From assembly GCA_964402035.1 (NCBI GenBank), contig CAYOAM010000003.1, positions 7,921-71,920 of the forward strand: a stretch of 64,000 bases of DNA, read 5' to 3'. Position 1 is the stretch's first letter, and each line of letters opens with the position of its first letter. The translations under genes and the position numbers were made by a program. The notes beneath the pieces were generated by a model. The model saw only the letters and a list, made by a program, of their open reading frames with translations, had not been told where the DNA came from and made no database searches. The stretch comes from an uncultured Candidatus Saccharibacteria bacterium (lineage in GTDB: Bacteria > Patescibacteriota > Minisyncoccia > Phycocordibacterales > UBA918). Below are positions 48,773-57,250 of the stretch, in pieces.

Positions 48773-49513
48773 TCATTCGAGACTCAATAGCGCCACCATT
48801 GATGCAACACCCACAACGATTGCAAGCACCTGGACAATACCCCGATCCGTACGATCCTTATGAAGCTCAGGTATTAAATCCGATAGTGCAATATAGATGA
48901 ACCCTCCTGCAGTAAGTGGTAGCAGCCACAGTGCAAACGTTTCTGTAATACCCCCGAATACGAGCGCCACGACAGCGCCGACTACGGCCGTGAGTGCAGA
49001 AAGAAAATTATACCAGAGCGCTTTTCCAGTCGTATATCCTGCATGGATGAGTACGCCAAAATTTCCAATCTCTTGCGGAATCTCATGGAGAATGACGGCA
49101 ATCGTGGTCGCAACGCCGACTTCAATTGATACCATATAACTTGCAGCTACCAACAGTCCATCGATAAAATTGTGGACGCCATCGCCAAACAGCACCATTT
49201 TTCCAACCGGGTGAGCATGTTCTTCTGCATGTTCCAGTGTGTGATGGTGCCAATGGAGGATTTTCTCAAGTATAAAAAAAATGAGTATACCCCCAATAAT
49301 GAGAAAAGAAATACTCGTCGGATTGCTTATGTTCTCATATGTTTCGGGAATGATGTGGATGAACACATCACCCAAGAGTGCTCCCACCGCGAGACTCACC
49401 AGAATAAAAATACTCTTATTGAGTAAATCTCTTTTGAGCACCAGCGCTAAGACACCAACAAACGATATGAGGCTAATTAATGCGACGCTTACGAGTGCAT
49501 ATGCGGTAATCAT
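48773..49513 (-). CDS. ZIP family metal (zinc) transporter
   Basis: HWHHH loop, GDGVHNFIDG, HEIPQEIG. Confidence 0.93.
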   Translation of the reverse strand: MITAYALVSVALISLISFVGVLALVLKRDLLNKSIFILVSLAVGALLGDVFIHIIPETYENISNPTSISFLIIGGILIFFILEKILHWHHHTLEHAEEHAHPVGKMVLFGDGVHNFIDGLLVAASYMVSIEVGVATTIAVILHEIPQEIGNFGVLIHAGYTTGKALWYNFLSALTAVVGAVVALVFGGITETFALWLLPLTAGGFIYIALSDLIPELHKDRTDRGIVQVLAIVVGVASMVALLSLE

Positions 49514-49526
49514 AAAATGTTGTTAC

Positions 49527-49964
49527 TTACTTTGTGCACGCAGAACAGTGTCCAAAAAATTCAAGATTATGTGAGTAAATACTTTTAAAGTGTTTTGACT
49601 CAAGCGCCAATTTATTTTCCAAGCCACCGAGCGCACAATATGCGAGCTCCTCTACTTTCCCACAATCACTGCAAACTATATGGTGGTGATGCGGTCGGCT
49701 GGGTGTGTATTCAAAATGTGCGATGCCAGTATTTAGGTCCATGCGACGTACAATACCTGCCGCACTAAGATCGGTGAGCGATCGGTACAAGGTGGTGATA
49801 TCAGGCGCATCGCCGTTCCACAACTCTTCTATCTTTTGTATCGACAATGGTGTCCCAGCCTTCTCGAGCAGCAGCAAGAGCTGTATACGAGTCGTTGTAG
49901 CGCGAAAACCCGCATCACGTAACACGTGCGCCGCCTCTTCCATAATCTCCGTCTGTTTCTTCAT
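49527..49964 (-). CDS. Fur-family regulator (Zur-like)
   Basis: TTLYRSL, HHHHIVCSDCG, FFGHCSAC. Confidence 0.92.
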   Translation of the reverse strand: MKKQTEIMEEAAHVLRDAGFRATTTRIQLLLLLEKAGTPLSIQKIEELWNGDAPDITTLYRSLTDLSAAGIVRRMDLNTGIAHFEYTPSRPHHHHIVCSDCGKVEELAYCALGGLENKLALESKHFKSIYSHNLEFFGHCSACTK

Positions 49965-49982
49965 ACGGTGAGTATATATTAA

Positions 49983-49997
49983 TGCAAATTATTTGCA
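49983..49997. promoter_or_regulatory. Putative Fur/Zur box (7-1-7 inverted repeat)
   Basis: TGCAAAT-T-ATTTGCA between the divergent fur and yibE/F genes. Confidence 0.7.
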
Positions 49998-50037
49998 ATA
50001 GCAGCGAATGCCCTAACAAGGTATACTGTACCGACTT

Positions 50038-51210
50038 ATGTTGCTTAAACAAACACTCCTTGCCTTTGTATGCCTTACGGTATTCGCTAGTGCTGGCTTT
50101 GCCTCTGCTCAAGCTCAAATAGTTCCCGACCAGGTTACCTTGATGAAGGGTCGAGTACTTTCTATCGAAAAAGAGGAGGTTCGAGAAATACCCGAAACGG
50201 ACACCAAAACCTCATACCAAACCATCACCGTCGAAATACTGGACGGTGTTGAGAAAGGCAAACGCGTCACGATTGAAAACGACTACCTAAACCTCAAAAA
50301 AGGTGAAGTATTTTATCTCATGCACACGATTGGTGCGTTTGACGGTATGGACTACTACAGTGTCAATGATCCGTATCGACTCCCCCACGTACTGGTCCTC
50401 GTTGGTCTGTTTGTAGTTGCCGTATTTATTTTTGGAGGAAAACAGGGTGTCCGAGGGCTCGCAAGTCTCATCGGGAGCTTTGTACTTATTTTCTTTTTGC
50501 TCTTGCCGGGTATTTTGCAGGGATACTCACCACTGCTCGTCACCATCGGCGTTGCCTCACTTATCATTGTCCTTGGTTCATATATCACGCACGGCTTCAA
50601 TCGGACTACGTCTGCTGCAGTACTCGGCATGATACTCACCGTCGGGATCACTGGTCTCCTCGCATACTGGTCGGTACACTTCACACGTCTCAGTGGCTTT
50701 GGCTCAGAAGAAGCGGTCTATCTCAACTTCAACACCCGTGGCTCTATCGATATCGTAGGTCTGCTTTTAGGCGGCATTATCATCGGACTCCTGGGGGTAC
50801 TGTATGATGCAGCCATCGGACAAGCGGTCTCCGTCGAAGAACTTACTCGTATTGCCCCGCACGTACCAAAAAAGACTATCTACCAGCGAGCGCTCCGTAT
50901 TGGACGTGAACATATTGGCGCACTCGTAAATACATTGGCGATAGCGTACGTCGGTGCGTCTCTACCGCTTCTCCTTCTCTTCTACCAAACATCACAGACG
51001 AGCATCGCGCACATAGCTAACACTGAAATTTTTTCGACCGAGATCGTACGCATTATGATCGGTAGTATTGGCCTCGTGCTTGCTGTCCCAATCACAACAC
51101 TCGTATCGGTACTTATGCTTGTAAAAAAGCCAACGCCTGGTGTAGACGACCAAACGCTTAGAAAAGAGAGCACGGCGCTCGAGTACGCAACACACTCACA
51201 CAAACACTGA
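50038..51210 (+). CDS. YibE/F family membrane protein
   Basis: IGLLGVLYD, IGREHIGALVNTLAIAYVGASLP, EIVR..GSIG; His-rich C-terminus HSHKH. Confidence 0.9.
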   Translation: MLLKQTLLAFVCLTVFASAGFASAQAQIVPDQVTLMKGRVLSIEKEEVREIPETDTKTSYQTITVEILDGVEKGKRVTIENDYLNLKKGEVFYLMHTIGAFDGMDYYSVNDPYRLPHVLVLVGLFVVAVFIFGGKQGVRGLASLIGSFVLIFFLLLPGILQGYSPLLVTIGVASLIIVLGSYITHGFNRTTSAAVLGMILTVGITGLLAYWSVHFTRLSGFGSEEAVYLNFNTRGSIDIVGLLLGGIIIGLLGVLYDAAIGQAVSVEELTRIAPHVPKKTIYQRALRIGREHIGALVNTLAIAYVGASLPLLLLFYQTSQTSIAHIANTEIFSTEIVRIMIGSIGLVLAVPITTLVSVLMLVKKPTPGVDDQTLRKESTALEYATHSHKH

Positions 51211-51457
51211 AGATAGTTACCGTATGCACCAGATACACACCGTCTCGATTGCACTGATCCCTTCACAACGTATGGTGGCCATACCCACAGTTTTCCGTCT
51301 TTAACCCTGACCGCTGACGCGGAGAGCGTACATATCAAACCCTACGAACAAATGACGGTGGCACGGCAGCATAACGGTTTATTCATACACAGAGATCCGT
51401 CGAGAAGTCTCTTTCATTACAGGAGCAGTATTGACCCTTTTTTGTCACATGCTTTGC

Positions 51458-52102
51458 TTATGGATAATTTCTTCCATCACCGGTGATCGGTATCGCATCA
51501 CCTAAAAATTTCGGAGTCCTCTGCAATAGTAGATCGAGCACTGCTTTTACATTGGCTAAAAGTTCGCGGAAATAATTTCTTAACCGTAAATTCGGTATAT
51601 CAGCCCGAACCCCGTATGCCTCGATACCAAGTTGTCGCGCAATAAAAACAGCGCGCGGCAAATGAAACGACTGCGTGGAAACAATGATCGATGTGACTCC
51701 AAAGATGTCACGGGCTCGATACATAGAACTGTACGTATCAAAACCTGCGTGGTCGAGGAAAATATCCTGATCCAAAATTCCTTGGTTTATAAGATATACG
51801 CGTGCAGGATTAACTTCATCGTGGCTCAAAGTACTGTTGTCACCCGAAACAAGAATTTTTGATATTTTCTTTGCCTTATATAATTCGATCGCAACCTGTA
51901 CTCGTGCGGTGAATACTGAAGAGAGCCCGCCATCGTCCGTGAGAGCCGCCCCCGGTACGAGTCCCACCTCGACGATTGGTACATCATCAACGGTATCGTA
52001 TAGGTACATCCTTGAGGCAAAAAATATAGTGGCATACACCGAAAAAATAAGAACCAGCACCGATACTATCCCACAGAGCATCAAACGAAACAGTCGCCGC
52101 AT
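51458..52102 (-). CDS. SanA/YdcF (DUF218) family protein
   Basis: VSGDN, DHAGFDTYSSMYRA, QSFHLPRAVF, RELLA. Confidence 0.9.
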   Translation of the reverse strand: MRRLFRLMLCGIVSVLVLIFSVYATIFFASRMYLYDTVDDVPIVEVGLVPGAALTDDGGLSSVFTARVQVAIELYKAKKISKILVSGDNSTLSHDEVNPARVYLINQGILDQDIFLDHAGFDTYSSMYRARDIFGVTSIIVSTQSFHLPRAVFIARQLGIEAYGVRADIPNLRLRNYFRELLANVKAVLDLLLQRTPKFLGDAIPITGDGRNYP

Positions 52103-52259
52103 ATGCTGAGTATACACGTAGATACGAGACCACAACGGGCATACACTCGGGAAGACAGTTCCCCAACTCCGAACGCGGCGGATCACACTAATACTGGCTG
52201 TGAAACAGCAAGTTGGTGACCTACGTATACACTCATACTGCATGGTAAAATCAAACGTA

Positions 52260-52610
52260 ATGGAAAAGCATCGTATCTATACCATGAGCGTCGCACGTGT
52301 GTACCCTTTATATATAGCAAAAGCGGAGAAAAAAGGGCGCACAAAAAAAGAAGTTGACGAAATAATACATTGGCTCACGGGCTACAGCCAGAAAGCTTTG
52401 GAGACGCGACTCAAAAAGAACACAGACTTTGAGACATTCTTTGCAAAAGCTCCGAAACCTAACCCTAAACGCACGCTGATCACAGGAGTAATCTGCGGAG
52501 TCAGAATCGAAGAGATCAAAGAGCCAACCATGCGGGAGATTCGCTATTTAGATAAGTTGATCGACGAGCTTGCAAAAGGAAAAGTGATGGAGAAAATCTT
52601 GCGGAAATAA
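52260..52610 (+). CDS. DUF2200 family protein
   Basis: [40 protein letters not shown]. Confidence 0.9.
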   Translation: MEKHRIYTMSVARVYPLYIAKAEKKGRTKKEVDEIIHWLTGYSQKALETRLKKNTDFETFFAKAPKPNPKRTLITGVICGVRIEEIKEPTMREIRYLDKLIDELAKGKVMEKILRK

Positions 52611-52642
52611 CAAATACACTGTCTCGGACAGGATCTAAAGCG

Positions 52643-52810
52643 CTAACCGGCAAACGAACTGAGAACAAGACCAATATCGTATGGCCACAAAACAAGGGCA
52701 AGTGCACCCTGCCAAAATGGCAGATGCAAAAAACCAATGGTGAAGAGCCAGCCAATAATCCAGATGCCTCCGGTAACACTATGCTGTTCGATGCGAATTT
52801 TCTCACTCAT
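52643..52810 (-). CDS. Small membrane protein
   Basis: GGIWIIGWLFTIGFLHLPFWQGALALVLWPY. Confidence 0.7.
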   Translation of the reverse strand: MSEKIRIEQHSVTGGIWIIGWLFTIGFLHLPFWQGALALVLWPYDIGLVLSSFAG

Positions 52811-53039
52811 ATTTTTTTGTTTCACTCGTACTTAATGGCATCGTCGTCGTCTTGGGAATAATATAGATGGCAATGATGTAGGTCAGTAGTCCCGGCACAA
52901 TGCCGGTAAACACTACAACAAGTAGCCATACCAAACGTATAAGTACAGGATCAATTTCAAAGTATTCTCCCAAGCCACCACAAATACCGGCAAACACCTT
53001 ATTTGTCTCACTTCGGTACAATCGCTTATTTCTTTCCAT
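52803..53039 (-). CDS. PspC domain protein
   Basis: RLYRS..KVFAGICGGLGEYFEIDPVLIRL. Confidence 0.92.
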   Translation of the reverse strand: MERNKRLYRSETNKVFAGICGGLGEYFEIDPVLIRLVWLLVVVFTGIVPGLLTYIIAIYIIPKTTTMPLSTSETKKYE

Positions 53040-53106
53040 AGTATGGAGCCGTGCATAACACACATGCGTTACCATGCGCATTTTGACTGTCTACTGTGAC
53101 TCAGAA

Positions 53107-53295
53107 TTATGTGGCGCGCAACCAGATCACGCCAAGATATACGCTCATGAGCAACCCAACCACGAGCAAGATAGTTGCGTAGCGAGCAAATACTTCTGGC
53201 CATGTAGCGCCGATTGCAATACCAATAAACAGGACTGCCCACTTGAGCAAACCGAGTTGCCACCAGGTAAACTGCGTTGATTTAAAAATATTCAT
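53107..53295 (-). CDS. Small 2-TM protein
   Basis: 62 aa, hydrophobic; TATCCT 6 nt before ATG. Confidence 0.7.
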   Translation of the reverse strand: MNIFKSTQFTWWQLGLLKWAVLFIGIAIGATWPEVFARYATILLVVGLLMSVYLGVIWLRAT

Positions 53296-53382
53296 ACTGT
53301 AAGGATACCATTAGCCAGCCTTACTGAATGAGCACGTTTTAGGGTTTAGATATACAGTCTCTGCTTCTCTTTTGAAGACTCC

Positions 53383-53721
53383 TTAATCGATATTTTTATT
53401 CACTGACATGACTTCGATCGAGCCGCCGGGGATTCCAAAATGTGGATGATTTTCAAACATCGCTGCTGCTGCTTCAAGCGACTCTGCTTCTACAAACGAG
53501 TACATCATGAGATCATTGCGCGCATCCTCTACCCCACCAGCAGTAACACGTTTAGGTTTTCCAACTCCGGCTGTTTCGAGCATGGCTGACTTGTGACTTT
53601 GAAGCCAGGCATTCCACTCTGACTGCATTTGTGTTTCTTGCGCCTTTCGTTCCGCTTCGGGCAATTGCATCCACGCGTCGAGGCCTGTGTGAGGCATTTG
53701 ATATGTGACAAGATATTTCAT
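53383..53721 (-). CDS. YCII-like hypothetical protein
   Basis: YSFVEAESLEAAAAMFENHPH..IEV. Confidence 0.7.
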   Translation of the reverse strand: MKYLVTYQMPHTGLDAWMQLPEAERKAQETQMQSEWNAWLQSHKSAMLETAGVGKPKRVTAGGVEDARNDLMMYSFVEAESLEAAAAMFENHPHFGIPGGSIEVMSVNKNID

Positions 53722-53891
53722 AGCTTTTTAGTATACTCCAAATGTACTTACTCGACCATGTGCCGCGCGCAACGACGACGATTGCGCTAGGGGACCTCCA
53801 TCTCATGGTGAAATGATGCTTCGCTCCGTAGACGATAGAACTTTTTTTGGTCCACAGTATACTAGAATATGTCTATTCGATAAATAATATT

Positions 53892-54260
53892 ATGGCTATA
53901 TTTACGACCATCCTTCAGGTCCTTTTGTCTCTTTGGCTCATCATAGGCGGAGCGTACATGATGAGCAACTATGCTGGACTCGCAAGCACGTGGGCTCTTA
54001 CCACTCTTCCAAGCATATTTTGGATTATGCTTGCGCTACTACAGATACTGGCGGCTCTTGTATCACTTGCGGCAACAAAAATCGATTCAGTACGCAAATA
54101 CGCACCCCTCTCCGCCACTATCCTTGCGATCATTTCTCTTGCAGGAGTAGTCCTATACAGCGCTTACGCTGGTTTCCCCGGCATGCTCTGGGCACTCATC
54201 CCAGCAGGACTCCTAGCTTTTGTAGCCTATAGGAAGAAAATGGAAACTACTCACATATGA
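53892..54260 (+). CDS. DoxX-like 4-TM membrane protein
   Basis: LQVLLSL..GG.. pattern, four TMs. Confidence 0.55.
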   Translation: MAIFTTILQVLLSLWLIIGGAYMMSNYAGLASTWALTTLPSIFWIMLALLQILAALVSLAATKIDSVRKYAPLSATILAIISLAGVVLYSAYAGFPGMLWALIPAGLLAFVAYRKKMETTHI

Positions 54261-54290
54261 GGGAAATGGTGACCGCCACCATTTCCCTCA
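54258..54290. terminator. Hairpin between convergent genes
   Basis: TGAGGGAAATGGTG-accgc-CACCATTTCCCTCA. Confidence 0.65.
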
Positions 54291-54320
54291 AATCCACAGC
54301 ACACCAATCGTGATCAATAC

Positions 54321-54986
54321 TTACTTTAATGTTATTGAATACCAAATTTTTACCTGCCCAAGAGATCCGCGATACACATCCACAAACAAATGCTCATCTT
54401 CTGTGCGGGTTTTCCAGCCAACCCAATGTTCCCCTGCGCCTCTACCGTCTGTGTCAGTCCACACTATCGAGCTCTCATTGGTATCTTTTTTTACTACAAA
54501 AATATCACCAAACGATCTCCACGACCGCAATGGATTATTCAACAAACCAGGATCATATCGAGTAGACAGTCTACCAAAAAGATACAATGTCTCGGTGGGC
54601 GAAATTTCAATAGTATCTATAAGGCCTCCTTCCATTTGATACCCCCCGCCGGTGCGAATGCCAAATGACGTAACCGATAAATCAGAAGTAACAATATCAT
54701 TAGATCCAGTTATGAGCACTACTTCCGGAGTATCAGGGTTATCTTCATGAATGCTGTTATTGCCAACCCACTCTAACATTTGTCTTTCCCACTGCTTATC
54801 AAGTCTCAAAAAAATAACATGGGATCTATATTCGACACATGCTAAATTTACAAAATATACTAAGATTACAAGGACTAACACCTCCAACAAAGGGCGAGGT
54901 ACTCGCAAACGATTGGACCTTGTACGATTTGTTTCAACCCGGGTGGGATCATTATCTTTCACACATCTTAGTGTAACATCTCCCAT
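54321..54986 (-). CDS. Hypothetical membrane-anchored protein
   Basis: 221-aa ORF with one TM; visibly AT-richer than neighbours. Confidence 0.6.
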   Translation of the reverse strand: MGDVTLRCVKDNDPTRVETNRTRSNRLRVPRPLLEVLVLVILVYFVNLACVEYRSHVIFLRLDKQWERQMLEWVGNNSIHEDNPDTPEVVLITGSNDIVTSDLSVTSFGIRTGGGYQMEGGLIDTIEISPTETLYLFGRLSTRYDPGLLNNPLRSWRSFGDIFVVKKDTNESSIVWTDTDGRGAGEHWVGWKTRTEDEHLFVDVYRGSLGQVKIWYSITLK

Positions 54987-55037
54987 AAAAAGTATGCCGT
55001 GACCGTCTGGTAGGAGGAGGGACCTATTCTCAAGAAG

Positions 55038-55409
55038 CTATTGAGGGAAATGCTGGTAGTCATGATTTTTCCATTTTAATCTACCCAGGAGATAATGAAT
55101 ACTTACCGCAAGAATAGTCCAGTAGAAAATGAGGTAAATGCCAATAAATGGAGGCGGTGGATCTTCTTTCAAAAAATTGATCTGAGGTAGAGCCAAAGGT
55201 CCTATCAAAAAAATTTTGATAGGCAATATAATTGTGGATACGGTACGCTTCCAGGCGATTGGCGAGTCGCTACCGGTCCAAAGGACAAAGTCGGGAGGCT
55301 TCGGAAAGCCTCGAGGACCTGTTGATCCCAAAAATGAGGTAGTGCTAAAAAGAAAAGCAAACCCAAAAATAATAAAGAGAATGACGAATTTTTTTCTTGA
55401 AACAACCAT
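55038..55409 (-). CDS. Hypothetical membrane protein
   Basis: Three hydrophobic segments, DPPPPF. Confidence 0.65.
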   Translation of the reverse strand: MVVSRKKFVILFIIFGFAFLFSTTSFLGSTGPRGFPKPPDFVLWTGSDSPIAWKRTVSTIILPIKIFLIGPLALPQINFLKEDPPPPFIGIYLIFYWTILAVSIHYLLGRLKWKNHDYQHFPQ

Positions 55410-55474
55410 ATAAAGGTATAACGAGGGTACCTAAAGAGAGGATGCGGGCAAAATTGTGGATTTGGCGTCGAACG

Positions 55475-56032
55475 CTAACTCACCACTGCGTACCGAAGCA
55501 CGACCCCGCCATTTTGAAGTGGTCTCGCCTCAAGCAATTTCAGATTTCGCAACCTGGTTGTATCGGTAAACAAATGTCGTCCATACCCTAGGATGGTTGG
55601 TGCAACACATACACGAATTTCATCAAATAACCCTGCATTCATCAGTGACTCCGAAAGTATGGCACTACCAAACACAAACATGGGTCCACCCTCCCCCTCT
55701 TTCAAACGCTTAATTTCACCGACTGCATCACGGACAATAGTCGTATTATTCCATTCCGCTTTATCTAGTGTTTCTGAACAAACAACTTTCGCAATGCTGT
55801 TCATATAGGGCGCCACTGTTGGATCGGTCGCATCCGCTTTTGACCAATACTCCGCCATGCCTTTGTATGTATTCTCGCCAAAGACAAGCATGCTCGCCTC
55901 ACCCAACTGCTCAAGACTCAGCGCTTCAAGTTCCGACCCCCATACGAGTTCATGAAAAGATAGATCCCACGGCTTTTCTCCCTCAAAACGGCCGTCGAGT
56001 GTCACCACATTCCACATGATAAGTTTCCTCAT
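55475..56032 (-). CDS. Dihydrofolate reductase-like / RibD C-terminal domain protein
   Basis: MRKLIMWNVVTLDG, FG..TY, FGSA.L, DEIR..P.ILG.G..LF. Confidence 0.9.
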   Translation of the reverse strand: MRKLIMWNVVTLDGRFEGEKPWDLSFHELVWGSELEALSLEQLGEASMLVFGENTYKGMAEYWSKADATDPTVAPYMNSIAKVVCSETLDKAEWNNTTIVRDAVGEIKRLKEGEGGPMFVFGSAILSESLMNAGLFDEIRVCVAPTILGYGRHLFTDTTRLRNLKLLEARPLQNGGVVLRYAVVS

Positions 56033-56075
56033 GTTGTCTATGTTAATTCTATTCTCGAGATTCTAGCGCACATGA

Positions 56076-56930
56076 TCAATGCGATCTCCTCAAATCGACG
56101 CTGTAGGTAGGATCGTATCGGTTGACAGTATCATTATCGATAAAATGCCTTTTCTTGACCTCATCAAACGAAAGATCAGATTGAATTAACTGCATCGTAT
56201 AGAGCACCTCGTCAAAGTATCCGGGGAGGACCGTCTTCCACGTGAGTGGAAAATCTACATCTGATATATCTTCGACACGTCGGGTGATTTCGTTCGTACA
56301 GTTGTGGAGCAGTGTGTTGTACATACGCGGCGTGTTGTAGAGATTGTTGACGTCATCAGCAACCGCCAAAAAAAGCTTCTGTGCTTTTTCGGGAGTTGCC
56401 TTGGTCGGGTAGAGGTAGACACGCTCACCTTCACGGACGTCGGTACGCACCCCGATAATATCCTGCTCAGAACCGACTACATACACAATCTCAAATTGTC
56501 GCAACATACCCAGGAATGGTGAGAATTTTTCGCCAATTTCGCGACGTGTTTCGACGGATACGATGACATGCTCACCATCCCGAAAGCCAAAGCTTAAAAA
56601 GATATGGGCTAGTCCTTCGAAATCAGCAAAGTGCGAGATAAGCACATCAACAGTTTCGAGCGTGTCGAGTGCATATGTGCGGGTTTCATATCGCGATGTT
56701 GTAGTACCTTCTTTCTGCCAATCAAAATTTCTAAAGTTTGTAATGGTGATGTGCCCATTCTGTTCAATGGCAATCTGTGGCAGTGCTTCTTGCCCCTGCT
56801 CCCAGGTACGTTCGTGTGAGGGACGAAACACTATCCATAGAATGAGATACAGTACGCAACATAAGAGAATGACATACAGCAGTCGCCGTTGCACCGTGGG
56901 AAATTGGGACAGGGACAATATTTTTGACAT
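56076..56930 (-). CDS. DUF4105 (Lnb N-terminal-like) protein
   Basis: AHIFLSFGF, SVETRRE, YNTLLHNCT, LPGY.DE. Confidence 0.85.
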   Translation of the reverse strand: MSKILSLSQFPTVQRRLLYVILLCCVLYLILWIVFRPSHERTWEQGQEALPQIAIEQNGHITITNFRNFDWQKEGTTTSRYETRTYALDTLETVDVLISHFADFEGLAHIFLSFGFRDGEHVIVSVETRREIGEKFSPFLGMLRQFEIVYVVGSEQDIIGVRTDVREGERVYLYPTKATPEKAQKLFLAVADDVNNLYNTPRMYNTLLHNCTNEITRRVEDISDVDFPLTWKTVLPGYFDEVLYTMQLIQSDLSFDEVKKRHFIDNDTVNRYDPTYSVDLRRSH

Positions 56931-56949
56931 TTTTGTAGTCTAGTTTTTT

Positions 56950-57108
56950 GCTGCCGCTCAGGGACTCGATTCCATACAGAATCGGTACAGGTTGTCGATA
57001 TTTTAATGCACTTTGTTTTTAAAATATCTGGCAACCTTTTCGAGTCCGCACAACGCTCGCCATGGGCGAGCTGCGCCTGATCGGCAGCTTCCTCATTCCA
57101 TTCGTCAG
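56950..57108 (-). repeat. tRNA-3'-linked foldback element with direct and inverted copies of the tRNA 3' end
   Basis: 56950-56969 matches 57108-57127 at 19/20; 57076-57089 is the reverse complement of 57107-57120. Confidence 0.85.
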
Positions 57109-57179
57109 CTGCCGATCAGGGACTCGAACCCCAATATTCACCTCCAGAGGGTGACGTCCTACCATTAGACGAATCGGCA
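57109..57179 (-). tRNA. tRNA-Gln(CUG), CCA not encoded
   Basis: Acceptor TGCCGAT/ATCGGCA, D-arm GTC-TAATGGTAG-GAC, anticodon arm TCACC-CTCTGGA-GGTGA, T-loop TTCGAGT. Confidence 0.95.
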
Positions 57180-57250
57180 ATATATTTTTGTATGTAACAA
57201 AAAGGCGCTTTGAAGCGCATTTCCACTGTATCAAAATTTTTGCATCTTGA

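Noticed and set aside
51211-51457. Open frame in the gap after yibE/F
   Set aside because: No suitable start or expression signals, and it runs into the convergent sanA-like gene
45394-56930. Integron cassette array
   Set aside because: No intI, mixed gene orientation, and no recurring RYYYAAC..GTTRRRY sites seen; the nested hairpin at ~47239-47310 is a single instance
56950-57127. attL/attR of a prophage or ICE
   Set aside because: The direct repeats are only 158 bp apart with no genes between them; reported instead as a mini-element
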